Below are positions 9,663-19,274 of a DNA stretch of 64,000 nucleotides, one piece after another. The translations under genes and the position numbers were made by a program. Below the pieces are notes generated by a model. It was not told the DNA's origin. It did no database searches and was given only the letters and a program-made list of their open reading frames with translations. Positions within the stretch are counted from its first letter, which is position 1. Each line of letters begins with the position of its first letter. The stretch lies in contig MFYT01000006.1 of assembly GCA_001789205.1 (NCBI GenBank), positions 10,770 to 74,769 on the forward strand. The letters are read 5' to 3'. The DNA is from Candidatus Raymondbacteria bacterium RIFOXYA2_FULL_49_16 (GTDB lineage Bacteria; Fibrobacterota; OXYB2-FULL-49-7; XYB2-FULL-49-35).

Positions 9663-10484
9663 TTACAGTTTTTCCAGCACACCTTCGACCAGTGACACAA
9701 GGCGAGGTTCGGCCTCATTGGCGCGCCTGATGATTTCTTGTATGTCAACCGGCTTGAGCGTATCAGGATCGCATTTATCGGTGATGACGGAAAGACCGAG
9801 CACCTGGAGTCCGCAATGGACTGCCACGGTCACCTCGGGCACCGTTGACATGCCCACCACGTCGGCCCCGATAACGCGCAGCATGCGGTATTCCGCCGCG
9901 GTCTCGAGACAGGGACCACTCATGATCGCGTAGACGCCTTTGCGTACGGAAATGCGTTTGTGCGCGGCAACCTGTTCTGCAAGGCGGATGAGGTCTTTGG
10001 TGTAGGCGTTGAACATGTCGGGAAAACGCGGACCCAGCCGGTTGTCGTTCTTTCCAATGAGGGGCGTCTGGCCCAAAAGGTTGATATGGTCGGTGATGAG
10101 CATGATGTCGCCGGGATCGAGGTCGCGGGAGATGCCGCCGCACGCGTTGGAAACAATGAGCGTCTGGATGCCCAGCGTCTTGAGGACCCGCACCGGATAG
10201 GTGACCTGCTGGAGCGTATAGCCTTCGTAGAAATGAAAGCGGCCCTGCATGACAGCCACTTTTTTTCCCGAGAGAAGGCCCAGAATGAGCTTGCCTGTGT
10301 GGGTCTCGACCGTGGAGAGCGGGAAATGGGGGATGTCGCCGTAGCTTATCTCCGCCTCGCGCTGCACCCGGTCCGCAAGCTTACCCAGGCCTGTGCCCAA
10401 GATGATGCCGATCTCCGGCGTAAACGGCGTGCGCTCCCGTATGGCAGCCACAGATTGTGAAATGCAATCAAAAATTTTGTCCAT
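9663..10484 (-). CDS. purine nucleoside phosphorylase (trimeric PNP family)
   Basis: 273 aa with GIILGTGLG, ISYGDIPHFP, SNACGG, GADVVGMSTVPEV motifs. Confidence 0.85.
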   Translation of the reverse strand: MDKIFDCISQSVAAIRERTPFTPEIGIILGTGLGKLADRVQREAEISYGDIPHFPLSTVETHTGKLILGLLSGKKVAVMQGRFHFYEGYTLQQVTYPVRVLKTLGIQTLIVSNACGGISRDLDPGDIMLITDHINLLGQTPLIGKNDNRLGPRFPDMFNAYTKDLIRLAEQVAAHKRISVRKGVYAIMSGPCLETAAEYRMLRVIGADVVGMSTVPEVTVAVHCGLQVLGLSVITDKCDPDTLKPVDIQEIIRRANEAEPRLVSLVEGVLEKL

Positions 10485-10486
10485 GA

Positions 10487-10711
10487 TTATCTCCTGATTT
10501 CAACGATTTTGTTTCGCGATCCCTGGCCCGCGACAATGGTCACCGCGCTTTTTGCCACGTCAAAGTGCCGCGCCAGCGCTTCGACCACGGCCATGTTCGC
10601 CTTGTTGCCGACCGGCGGCGCCGTGCACCGCACCCGTACCCTGCCTTCGGCGTCGGGGCCTTCGACGTTGTTCCGCGACGAGCGCGGCGCCACCTTCACG
10701 GAAACCCTCAC
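10487..10711 (-). CDS. DUF167 (YggU) family protein
   Basis: 74 aa of the form VKV.P.S..N...G......V.V.A.P..GKAN with a SRNK C-terminus. Adjacent to the divIVA/yggT/yggS cluster. Confidence 0.65.
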   Translation of the reverse strand: MRVSVKVAPRSSRNNVEGPDAEGRVRVRCTAPPVGNKANMAVVEALARHFDVAKSAVTIVAGQGSRNKIVEIRR

Positions 10712-11190
10712 TGCGCCTCACCGTGCTGCTTCTGCGTTTCCGGTTCGATTTCAAGTACATTGAGCATTTCGAGTTGCGATTTGACAAGTGCCCTAAACTT
10801 GATGATGAACGTTTTCTTCTGTTCGTGCAGCAACGCCATATCACGATTGATGGCCTCAAGGCGCTGCACCGCGTCGGCCGCGGATTGTGTGGCCCGGTAT
10901 TCGGCTTCCCTGACAATGAGTTCCGCCTGTTTTTCAGCGTTTTTCTTTGTCTCCTCAATGGACTGCTGCGCCTGGAGCAGCATGTCGTGCAGGACTTTCT
11001 CAAGTTTTTCATATTTCTCGAGTTCGCCTTTTAAACGGGCGTTTTCGAATTCACCGTCTTTTTTTCCGCGTTCAAACTCTTCAACGCGGCCGGCCATCAT
11101 GTCGAGGTAGGCCTGCACTTCGTCCGGATCGAATCCCTTGAAGGTCCGCTTGAATGTCTGGCGCCTAATGTCCATTGGCGAAAGGGCCAT
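10708..11190 (-). CDS. DivIVA domain cell-division protein
   Basis: N-terminal MALSPMDIRRQTFKRTFKGFDPDEVQAYLD, the classic DivIVA start, followed by a long coiled coil. Confidence 0.8.
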   Translation of the reverse strand: MALSPMDIRRQTFKRTFKGFDPDEVQAYLDMMAGRVEEFERGKKDGEFENARLKGELEKYEKLEKVLHDMLLQAQQSIEETKKNAEKQAELIVREAEYRATQSAADAVQRLEAINRDMALLHEQKKTFIIKFRALVKSQLEMLNVLEIEPETQKQHGEAQ

Positions 11191-11205
11191 GGGTATTCTC
11201 CCAAG

Positions 11206-11484
11206 TTAAATCAGTGAAATGAGCGTGCGCTCCAAAAAGCCGATGAGCAAAAAAACCATCAGGGGCGAGAGGTCGATGGGCAACTGGACATTAAGCCTGT
11301 CCATGAGGCGCACGTAGAGCTCGCGCACAGGCAGGAGCACCGGATCGGTGAGTCGCACCAACCAGTCAACAATCACATGGTCGGGGGCCATGGGCACCCA
11401 CGAAAGGATGATACGCATGAAGATAAGCATTTCGTAGATCCGCAGCAGGGTGACCAGCACCATGATGAAATTTTCCGCTGCCAT
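11206..11484 (-). CDS. YggT family membrane protein
   Basis: 92-aa two-TM protein positioned between yggS and divIVA, the canonical ylmG/yggT location. Confidence 0.7.
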   Translation of the reverse strand: MAAENFIMVLVTLLRIYEMLIFMRIILSWVPMAPDHVIVDWLVRLTDPVLLPVRELYVRLMDRLNVQLPIDLSPLMVFLLIGFLERTLISLI

Positions 11485-12167
11485 CAGCTCGCCTCCGCGA
11501 AAAGAGCGCGGCCAATGCGCACCATGGTTGCGCCTTCCTCAATGGCGATCTCAAAGTCATCGGACATACCCATGGAGAGTTCGGGCAGCGCAATGCCGAT
11601 GACGCGCGCACAATCGGTTTTAAGAGCGGCGAGTATTTTAAAACACGAACGGATGCGCGTAGCGTCGTCCGTGAGCGGCCCCATGGTCATGAGACCCTGT
11701 ATTGTTATGTTCTGCAACAGGGCCATCTCCCGTATAGCGGCAATAGCATTTTCGGGACGAACGCCTGACTTTGCATCTTCACCTGAGGTATTTACTTCAA
11801 TAAGCGCATTCATTGTCTTTCCCAGTTTTACGCACTCGGCATCTATGCATTGCGCGAGCCGTACCGAATCCACGGATTGGATCATGTCAGCCATTCTTAC
11901 TGCCTGCTTTGCCTTGTTTGTCTGCAGATGGCCGATGAAATGGACTGTGAACAGCCCGTGCATGGCGTCATATTTCGTTGTAAGCTCCTGCACCCTGCTT
12001 TCACCGATGTTGGCTATGCCATGGTCCTTCAGAGAAACGACCTCTGCGACAGAATGAGTTTTTGTCACGGCCACAAGAGTAATGTCTTTTCCCGTGCGGC
12101 CGCTTCTGCGCGCGGCAGCATCGATCCGTTCCAGAATACGGCCAATGGCTTTTGCCATAACAGACAT
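11484..12167 (-). CDS. YggS family pyridoxal-phosphate homeostasis protein
   Basis: VAVTKTHS (lysine), HFIGHLQTNKAK and MGMSDDFE motifs. About 225 aa. Confidence 0.85.
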   Translation of the reverse strand: MSVMAKAIGRILERIDAAARRSGRTGKDITLVAVTKTHSVAEVVSLKDHGIANIGESRVQELTTKYDAMHGLFTVHFIGHLQTNKAKQAVRMADMIQSVDSVRLAQCIDAECVKLGKTMNALIEVNTSGEDAKSGVRPENAIAAIREMALLQNITIQGLMTMGPLTDDATRIRSCFKILAALKTDCARVIGIALPELSMGMSDDFEIAIEEGATMVRIGRALFAEAS

Positions 12168-12236
12168 AAAATCAATAAAATATATCTTTAGTACGCAGGA
12201 TTTCTCAATGAAAACATGGGGACACGGGGCGGAATT

Positions 12237-12881
12237 TTATTCAAAGACCCAGCGGCCGAAGCACGTGCTGTTATGGAAATCGGCGATGCCCGTGGGCGAC
12301 CAGGCGCAATATTCAGGCACGCCGGCAAGAACATCGCACCGAAGCAGATTTCCCCGCCACGCATCGCCGGCACGCGGCGGAATATGTGGAGAGAGAAAGA
12401 GGTCGGCAAAATCAATGGCAATGTAGGCTTCCCAACCTACCTGCGAGGTCCTGGTCCTGCTCTGGAAGCTTTCAGGATTCCACCCTGTAAAGCCTTGAAA
12501 CCGTTTTCCCCTGCGGCCCGGCGCTGCAATGTCGTTTATTATGAGGGCGTCGAAGCGGGCGTTGAGAGGGTTTACTTCAAGTTCATAGTACAGGGAGCCG
12601 TACCCAAAAGGATCGATGAAAAGTTCCACCACGTCTTCGGTATACAGGGGATCGTCGTGCCCGGTGAGTGTGGCAAAGGGCTGGATATCATCGCAGGAAA
12701 ACCAGGCGTAGAGACGTTCGCTGTCCCAGGCAAGTCGGCCCTCGGTTTTCTGTTTTGGCGGTTTTCCGGTCACGGTATCGACCAGCCTGATGGGTGTTGC
12801 GGCGGAAAAATGAGAGGCGTCAATCTGATCAAATTCAGGCATGACGCAGCGCCTGATGCCGTACGAAGAAAGTTTTTCCAT
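12237..12881 (-). CDS. carbohydrate-binding family 9 (CBM9/DOMON-like) domain protein
   Basis: Start MEKLSSYG overlaps the upstream stop (ATGA at 12879-12883). Content WDSERLYAWFSCDD, YTEDVVELFIDP and WNPESFQ..TRT..GWEAYIAID is typical of CBM9-like folds. Confidence 0.45.
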   Translation of the reverse strand: MEKLSSYGIRRCVMPEFDQIDASHFSAATPIRLVDTVTGKPPKQKTEGRLAWDSERLYAWFSCDDIQPFATLTGHDDPLYTEDVVELFIDPFGYGSLYYELEVNPLNARFDALIINDIAAPGRRGKRFQGFTGWNPESFQSRTRTSQVGWEAYIAIDFADLFLSPHIPPRAGDAWRGNLLRCDVLAGVPEYCAWSPTGIADFHNSTCFGRWVFE

Positions 12882-13342
12882 CACTGCCGCTCCTGCGCAG
12901 CGCGGGCAAGTTCCTTGCCAAGTGCGCAACACGCGTCCAGGACCGTCCGCGAAGGCTTGCCCGCTGACGCAATGGTCGGGCCAACTTTGTCCCCCAGTTC
13001 GGAAAAGAGCGTTTCGAGCGGGCCCTTCACGTCGCCGCCGCCGCCGTGTGAATAAAAGAGACCGTATTTTTTCCCTGTAAGCCCCCGGGCATTGTTCTTT
13101 TTCGCGATATACCAGTCGTCAAGAAACGTTTTCAGACCGCCGGCAATATAGCTGTAGTAGTCTGGCGAACCAAAGGCGGCCACAGAAAACAGACGGTATT
13201 GATCGATGTCCATGCGCACCTCGTTGGTGTTGACGAGAACGGCCTTCATTCCCTCGGCGGCGGCGCCCTCGGCAATTGCCCGGGCCATGGCAGCGGTGTT
13301 GCCATATTCTTGCGAATGAAACAGAATCAGGAGAGATCCCAT
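12881..13342 (-). CDS. flavodoxin-like fold protein
   Basis: 153 aa starting MGSLLILFHSQEYGNTAAMARAIAEGA with a G-rich FMN loop YSHGGGGD. Confidence 0.6.
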   Translation of the reverse strand: MGSLLILFHSQEYGNTAAMARAIAEGAAAEGMKAVLVNTNEVRMDIDQYRLFSVAAFGSPDYYSYIAGGLKTFLDDWYIAKKNNARGLTGKKYGLFYSHGGGGDVKGPLETLFSELGDKVGPTIASAGKPSRTVLDACCALGKELARAAQERQ

Positions 13343-13359
13343 GGGCGCGTCCTTTCACC

Positions 13360-13668
13360 TTAATGGCATGCGCGGAGCATGTTGAAAATCCAGTGTATGA
13401 AAAAAGGCGACAACAACGCGAGCGCGAAAAGCCGCGGTCCCTGTTCCGAAGAGAATATAAACCTGAGTCGTTTCAGGTTCAGCAACGAAATTGCCAGCCC
13501 GTAGAACGCAAGACACACACAAATGAGCAGCACGGCGGCAAAGAACGATGAGAGCGAAAAGGCGGCGTCTATGTTACCGGCCGCAAGCGCCTGGACCGTG
13601 CGGGTGATGCCGCAGGTAGGGCAGGGCAGGCCGGTCAATGAAAAAAAGAAGCAGTGAAAGCGGCCCAT
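13360..13668 (-). CDS. DUF2752 domain membrane protein
   Basis: MGRFHCFFFSLTGLPCPTCGITRTVQAL matches the conserved TG.PCP.CG.TRA motif near the N-terminus. The upstream part of the long ORF-track entry is high-GC junk with no alternative start. Confidence 0.6.
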   Translation of the reverse strand: MGRFHCFFFSLTGLPCPTCGITRTVQALAAGNIDAAFSLSSFFAAVLLICVCLAFYGLAISLLNLKRLRFIFSSEQGPRLFALALLSPFFIHWIFNMLRACH

Positions 13669-13784
13669 GATGTGTCCGGGTAAAAAGGCAACGATGATAA
13701 GCGCGCAGAAAAATAATACAGACCAGACAAGTTCGTGGTCAAGGGCGCCTGGAGCAAGGCGTACGCGCTGCAGTCGTATGGCTT

Positions 13785-14528
13785 TCACAGCGCCAGAAGC
13801 CCCTTTACCAGGCCTACGCCGGACACAACAAGCGTGAGGGCCGCTGCGGTGGCGCAGGCGCAGCAGAGCGCCACGGGAAGTACGACCGCGACAAGCGCCC
13901 GCATCGTGGAGGTTCGGTGCGCCTCCTTGAGACCGGTTATCATTATATATAGCCACCAAAAGAGCGCTGCAATGACGCCGCATACGGGAACAACGCTCAA
14001 CAGCGCTGTCGCTCCCTGGGCATAGGCGAGTACCTTGAACGTGGAGGCAAAGCCCTGTGTTGCGCCACCGGTAATCGTGAGGCAGAGGTGAAGAAGACCT
14101 GAAAGCGCGAAGAGCGCAACAGCGACGCAGAAAGGCATAATGAAGACCACGACGCACAGGTCGGCCCAGGTACCCAGATACCGCGCAATAAAGGCGTTGT
14201 CGGGACCGAGATTGAAGGTGCGCAACACGCCTTGCCAGAGCGTGCTAAATGCGCCGCCGATGGTGCTTCCGATGATGCCGAAGAGAAAAGCCTTGAACAG
14301 GGCCGAATCCCGGTTAAGGTTCCTGAAGGTATGGGAAGGGGAGAACAGCACTTCCTGGATGGTAATGAAGAACGAGGGAATGCTGAAGATGCCGGTTTTC
14401 GCTTCCCAATCCGGGGCAATGGCCGGACCAACAGGTACCACCGCGGTGCCTAATTCCGCACCGCAATTGAAGCACGCGGCATTGTGCGCGCTGTTTTCCA
14501 TCCCGCAGAAATGGCAGACCATGGTCAT
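13785..14528 (-). CDS. Yip1-family membrane protein with N-terminal zinc-ribbon
   Basis: CHFCGMEN...CFNCG ribbon followed by 5 TM segments with a Yip1-like topology. Confidence 0.6.
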   Translation of the reverse strand: MTMVCHFCGMENSAHNAACFNCGAELGTAVVPVGPAIAPDWEAKTGIFSIPSFFITIQEVLFSPSHTFRNLNRDSALFKAFLFGIIGSTIGGAFSTLWQGVLRTFNLGPDNAFIARYLGTWADLCVVVFIMPFCVAVALFALSGLLHLCLTITGGATQGFASTFKVLAYAQGATALLSVVPVCGVIAALFWWLYIMITGLKEAHRTSTMRALVAVVLPVALCCACATAAALTLVVSGVGLVKGLLAL

Positions 14529-15397
14529 GCTCCCTTTCTGAATACGAGGCCAATTGACGAAGAGGCGACCCCTTTGTAGTCTTGGATCGCGAGGCCGGGC
14601 GTTGACTCGAGCGCCGCGAGGCTGAAGGAGTCGTAGCCGTACAGTGTATTGGCGCGCTCGAGCGGCATGAGGGAGAGGCCAGAGGCCTCGATGACGTTTT
14701 TCACATCAATATTGCACTCGAGGAGCGCGGAACGGCGCGGATAGATGAAGTCGAGGGTGAGCGCCAGGATGCCGTTGGGCTTGAGCACGCGCGCCATTTC
14801 GCGCATCATGCGCGCCTGCAGGTCGCAGTCCGCCTGGGTCTGGGCCGTATGGAGTTCATCGGCAACAGGGACCGCCCTGCAGTGTTCGAGTACCGAGACG
14901 GAGACCACCCGGTCGAACGTGGCGCTGGCATAGCTTATCTTTTCCATGCCCTCTACCCGGTAGTCGATGGCAAGGCCGTATTTTTTCGCAAGTCTCCGGT
15001 CAATGCCATGCCATCCCACATTTTCAAAGGGGTCGATTGCCGAAACTTTCAGGCCCATATCGGCGTAAAAATATTGGAGCGGCGCCCTGCCGCAGCCTGC
15101 ATCGAGAATGGAGAGCCCGGGTTTGAGGTCCAGGTTTTGTATGATCCAGGGGTATTCCCACCGTTTGTTGGGTCCCACGGGTCCTGAACCCACGTACGAA
15201 TCGAGTTTTTGCATGATGTTTTTATAGGACGCTGAATTGCGTTCCGCAAGGCGGGCATAGGTACTGATGAAGTCGGGCCGGGGAACCTGGGCCAGATCAA
15301 AGGGTGCGCGTACATAGGTTTTGCGCAGGGTGAGAGTGAGCTTTGAACGCTGCAGGAAACGGATAAGAGGCGCGGGTATGCGCTGGGTAAGATTCAT
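14525..15397 (-). CDS. class I SAM-dependent methyltransferase
   Basis: ILDAGCGRAP (motif I) and a DRVVSVSVLEH-type post-I motif. 290 aa. Confidence 0.7.
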   Translation of the reverse strand: MNLTQRIPAPLIRFLQRSKLTLTLRKTYVRAPFDLAQVPRPDFISTYARLAERNSASYKNIMQKLDSYVGSGPVGPNKRWEYPWIIQNLDLKPGLSILDAGCGRAPLQYFYADMGLKVSAIDPFENVGWHGIDRRLAKKYGLAIDYRVEGMEKISYASATFDRVVSVSVLEHCRAVPVADELHTAQTQADCDLQARMMREMARVLKPNGILALTLDFIYPRRSALLECNIDVKNVIEASGLSLMPLERANTLYGYDSFSLAALESTPGLAIQDYKGVASSSIGLVFRKGA

Positions 15398-15596
15398 GGT
15401 GGAATGTAATATACAATTTTATGCCCCTGAAAATAAGGCAAAAAAAAGCCCGCAAGAGCGCCTCATGTATGGGCATCATTCATACAAGCCATGCTCTTTG
15501 TTGCTTGATGACGCCCGTACAGACTTACTCCCACTATCCAATCCTAAATATTCCTGGCTTGAACCAGACCTTGCCAATTTATAATTTTTTAGATCC

Positions 15597-16547
15597 ATGA
15601 TGTTCAGATCCTGTGCCATTGGCATCGTATTTATAACAACAGCTCTTTTTTCGTTTGACCTTACCCGTAGCGTTGACCAGACAACGATCACGCTTGGTGA
15701 CATGGTGCGTCTCAAGGTGACGGCAGTGCGGCGCGCGGATGAAAAACTTGTGTTTCCCGGTCCTGACGCTGATTTCGGCCAGTTTGAATTAAAAGACATG
15801 CGGAGCAGCGAAGCGCCTTCGGGGTCCCTGCTTGCCGAGACGTATGAATACCTCGTCACTGCCTATACGTTGGGAACGCTCACCATGCCCGCGCTCACGG
15901 TCGTCAATCTGAAGGACACTGCTGACCGGAAAGCGACCGACCCTGTGGAAATCGTTGTCAAGCCGGTCACGGTCAAGGACACCAGCGACATTGTGGACAT
16001 CTACGGGCCGGAGAGCATCGGCTTTGGCGCGCGCTTCTGGGCAGCGCTTTTTGGCATTGTGGTTGCCCTGGGCCTTCTCGTGTGGCTGATTGACCGGTAT
16101 CTTCTGAAGCGCAAACGGAACGAGGAGAAAAAGGAGGCGCCGCCAATACCACCGGAAAAACTTTTTGAACAGGAGATAGGGCAGCTTGTCCGCGACGACC
16201 TTCTGGCAAAGGGCGAGGTGAAAATATTCCATTTCAGGATTTCGGAAATATTGAGGAGGTACATTGGCGCGCGTCTCAATTTTTACGCCCTCGAATCGAC
16301 CACCAGCGAGCTTATCAGCGCGCTCAAGGCGTCAAAAACCGATCCCAAAGTGGTGCGCCTTGTTGAACAGTTCTGCACAGTAAACGATCCGGTGAAATTC
16401 GCCAAATGGATACCGAAAAGCGGGGAATCCGAGAACCTGATAATTTTGGCGCGCGAACTGGTCTCTCTGACACCTCCCTTGGAACAGAAGGAACCTGCCG
16501 GAAGCCCCGCGGCACAGCAAGGCGCTGATAAAAAACACATTACATAA
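15597..16547 (+). CDS. hypothetical secreted protein with a C-proximal TM segment (BatD-like)
   Basis: Signal peptide, a beta-rich domain, then TM FWAALFGIVVALGLLVWLI, a basic stretch and a cytoplasmic tail. The family assignment is weak. Confidence 0.4.
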   Translation: MMFRSCAIGIVFITTALFSFDLTRSVDQTTITLGDMVRLKVTAVRRADEKLVFPGPDADFGQFELKDMRSSEAPSGSLLAETYEYLVTAYTLGTLTMPALTVVNLKDTADRKATDPVEIVVKPVTVKDTSDIVDIYGPESIGFGARFWAALFGIVVALGLLVWLIDRYLLKRKRNEEKKEAPPIPPEKLFEQEIGQLVRDDLLAKGEVKIFHFRISEILRRYIGARLNFYALESTTSELISALKASKTDPKVVRLVEQFCTVNDPVKFAKWIPKSGESENLIILARELVSLTPPLEQKEPAGSPAAQQGADKKHIT

Positions 16548-16659
16548 AAACAGCCGACAGTACGTCAGATATTTCCTTTTTTTAGGCCAAGCGAATTTTG
16601 TATTTTAATATGTTTAGCATTTATGTGGATAGTTTAAATAAAGGAAATTTTTTTAGGAA

Positions 16660-17517
16660 GTGACGAATGCCGTCAAAAAGAAATACATAGACCTCCATTT
16701 ACATTCAACTTATTCTGACGGTACCCTTTCAATAAAGGAGATCGTCGAATATGCGTCCACACAGCATCTTGCGGCCATTTCCCTGACCGATCACGACTGC
16801 ATCGCCGGGATACGGGAAATAACCGAACTGGCCGGAAAAGTGGGACTTGAGGTCGTTCCCGGAGTGGAGATAAGTTCGCTTGTCGAAACCAGCGATATCC
16901 ACGTCCTCGGATATTTTATCGATTACAGCAATACCGAACTGAACGAGCGGCTCGAGGAGATCCGGCTTATCCGGATAGAGCGCGCCAAGAAGATAGTCCA
17001 GCGCCTTAACGACAAGGGTGTGGTGCTCCGCTTTGAACGGGTGCTCGAGTTCGCCCGGGGCTACTGTATCGGCAGGCCGCACATTGCCCAAGCACTGGTT
17101 GCCGAGGAACACGTTAATTCGTTTACCGAGGCTTTTGACCGCTATCTGGGAAACCACACGGAGTTCTATATCCCGGTCCAGAAACTGAACCCTGCCGAGG
17201 CCATCGCGCTGATCAAGTGCGCGGGCGGCGTCTCCGTGCTTTCACACCCGCATGTAACCGATCGGAACGACCTGCTTGAGCAATTCGTAAAGGATGGCCT
17301 TGATGGCATTGAGGTATACAGTCCCAAGATGACCTACCGGCAATTTAATTTTTACCGGCAGTTCTGCCACAAATACAACCTTTTGGAAACTGGCGGCTCG
17401 GACTGCCATGGGCCGCGCTTCAACGACACCATGTCGATAGGAAGCACCAAGACGCCGTATCGATTTCTGGAGAGAATGCAGGCGCGGATTCAGCAGCACA
17501 ACGGCGCAAGCTTCTAA
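16660..17517 (+). CDS. PHP-domain metal-dependent phosphoesterase (TrpH/YciV-like)
   Basis: GTG start after AGGAA. DLHLHSTYSDG and LTDHD motifs. 285 aa. Confidence 0.8.
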   Translation: MTNAVKKKYIDLHLHSTYSDGTLSIKEIVEYASTQHLAAISLTDHDCIAGIREITELAGKVGLEVVPGVEISSLVETSDIHVLGYFIDYSNTELNERLEEIRLIRIERAKKIVQRLNDKGVVLRFERVLEFARGYCIGRPHIAQALVAEEHVNSFTEAFDRYLGNHTEFYIPVQKLNPAEAIALIKCAGGVSVLSHPHVTDRNDLLEQFVKDGLDGIEVYSPKMTYRQFNFYRQFCHKYNLLETGGSDCHGPRFNDTMSIGSTKTPYRFLERMQARIQQHNGASF

Positions 17518-17521
17518 AACG

Positions 17522-18385
17522 TCACTCTTCCACCTTTACCCACGCTGGCAGCGGACCGGCATAGCCGAGTTTCGCGGCGTTTTCACTAAGGACCGGTTCG
17601 TATGCCGCAGGCGTTTTGTCAGCGGGAAGCACGACATACACTTTTTCAACGAGGAAATTGCTGCCTATGGGCGCTCCGCCGTACAGAGTAACCGCGCGAT
17701 TGATAAGATCGTTGTCAGCGTACGACTTAAGGTTGGTGCGGCCACGGAGTTCAAGGAGGTATTCATCACCCCCTTCGCCGGGAAGGTGCTGCGAGGGACC
17801 CATGAGCAGCTGGTAGCCGTAGAGTACGTCAAAGGTTTCCAGCTTACGGATGACGCATTCCGGCGTTTCAGACACTGTATCTACGGGAGCATATCTCTTT
17901 TTATAAAACATGGTGCCGTAGAGCAGCAGGGGAAGCCCGCTCTTCACATAGACTGCCGCGCAGCGGGCGGGGCACACGTCCATCGCGTAAACGGCAAAGC
18001 CGCGTTCCGCAACGCTTTTAAGAAAAATGGAGGGATCGATGTCCGGACCGCGGCCATTTAAATACCGGGTTATGTTTTTTTGCCCGGGAAAGGTCTCTTC
18101 GGCAAGGGGAGGCAGACCAGGCAGGTGATAGGAGAGAAGCACATCCAAAAAATTGAATTGCATCCAGTAAAAATCGTGCTCGGGAATGCGGCTGAGCCCG
18201 GAATCGCCCCGTTCCCAGTAGATGCGCTCCTCTTTGAGTGAGAGTGGGGGCAGGTCGCAGCGGTGACGTGCGGCATAGAGGAGCGGCGAATTGTGGACAA
18301 TGTCAGGGTTTCTAAAAATCGAGGCGCACGAAAAGAAAAGAGCGGCCGCGCCGCAGCACAGCACTGTCCGCAGCAGGGCGTTCAC
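17522..18385 (-). CDS. hypothetical secreted/lipoprotein
   Basis: N-terminal MNALLRTVLCCGAAALFFSCAS is a lipobox-like signal. No recognisable domain. Confidence 0.4.
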   Translation of the reverse strand: MNALLRTVLCCGAAALFFSCASIFRNPDIVHNSPLLYAARHRCDLPPLSLKEERIYWERGDSGLSRIPEHDFYWMQFNFLDVLLSYHLPGLPPLAEETFPGQKNITRYLNGRGPDIDPSIFLKSVAERGFAVYAMDVCPARCAAVYVKSGLPLLLYGTMFYKKRYAPVDTVSETPECVIRKLETFDVLYGYQLLMGPSQHLPGEGGDEYLLELRGRTNLKSYADNDLINRAVTLYGGAPIGSNFLVEKVYVVLPADKTPAAYEPVLSENAAKLGYAGPLPAWVKVEE

Positions 18386-18387
18386 GG

Positions 18388-18777
18388 CTATTCCCAGTTT
18401 ACCCGTTTAGGCTTAAGTACGCCGTTTTCATTCGCGAGATTGTAGGTGCACACAATGCGGCGTTTCATGTTGTTCACATAGCCGATTGAAATGGCGGAAA
18501 AGGTGGTGTCGTTCGCCTTTTCCATATTGACAGTATAGTAGCCGCCGCGGTATTTGACGTTGAGGAAACCTTGGTTCCACAACGGGTCTTTCTGGATTTC
18601 CATGAGGGCCATTTCCATGCCGTACTCGGCCACTTCCTGGGCCAGCTTCTTGTTCACCTCGCGTTCGCGCAACTCCTTGGTCACGAAGACGATGATGACA
18701 CCCGCGAGGGCGACAAGCGTGACCAGCGCCACGATAAAGACGGTCATAGACTGGGAGGAACCTCTCTGATTTTTCAT
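18388..18777 (-). CDS. hypothetical membrane-anchored protein
   Basis: Start MKNQRGSS with AAGGAG 6 nt upstream. TM segment VFIVALVTLVALAGVIIVFV. Confidence 0.4.
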   Translation of the reverse strand: MKNQRGSSQSMTVFIVALVTLVALAGVIIVFVTKELREREVNKKLAQEVAEYGMEMALMEIQKDPLWNQGFLNVKYRGGYYTVNMEKANDTTFSAISIGYVNNMKRRIVCTYNLANENGVLKPKRVNWE

Positions 18778-18800
18778 TCCGCTCTCCTTACTTGGCCGTA

Positions 18801-19274
18801 TCACCGGTGATAGGCCGTATGGCGGGCGATGGACAACGCCCGGTATATCTGCTCCGCCAGGACCACGAGGGCCACATGGTGATTGAAGGTGAGCGCCGAA
18901 AGAGATATCGCGCTATGCACGTGTTTCAGGATGTCCGGAGCAAACCCGTTAATGCCGCCTATTAAAAATAACAATTTGCCGTTGCTGTGTACACTCTCCT
19001 CAACAAAGGAGGCGAAAGCGAGGCTGTCCAAGGAGCGTCCCGCAGGTGTGAGGAGCACCACGCGTCCCGTGAATCCCTCAAGGGCCTCTATAGCCGCGTC
19101 GGTCTCCTTGCGCACCTGGGTTTTCATGGGTTCGCTGTTGCGGTCCCTGAGACGAATAATGGAAACATCGCACCAGGCGCGGCACAGCACCGCGTAGTGT
19201 CCAGCGCCGCTCTCCGCAAAGGGTTCGGCCCGTTTTCCCACGCAAAGGACCGTGACAGAAGGCTTTATTGCCAT
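18801..19274 (-). CDS. rlmH: 23S rRNA (pseudouridine1915-N3)-methyltransferase RlmH
   Basis: 157-aa SPOUT protein with the GxxxG...LIGG C-terminal trefoil-knot region (LLFLIGGINGF). Confidence 0.85.
   Translation of the reverse strand: MAIKPSVTVLCVGKRAEPFAESGAGHYAVLCRAWCDVSIIRLRDRNSEPMKTQVRKETDAAIEALEGFTGRVVLLTPAGRSLDSLAFASFVEESVHSNGKLLFLIGGINGFAPDILKHVHSAISLSALTFNHHVALVVLAEQIYRALSIARHTAYHR

Noticed and set aside
10552-11110. Overlapping 150-180 aa ORFs on both strands rich in Arg/Ala/Pro
   Set aside because: They are antisense or off-frame to the DivIVA and YggU genes and have the typical composition of high-GC shadow ORFs.
13669-14157. Long N-terminal extension of the DUF2752 ORF (265 aa in the ORF track)
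   Set aside because: The extension is Arg/Cys-rich nonsense, overlaps the Yip1 gene in another frame, and has no alternative start codon. The conserved DUF2752 motif begins right after the internal ATG at 13668.
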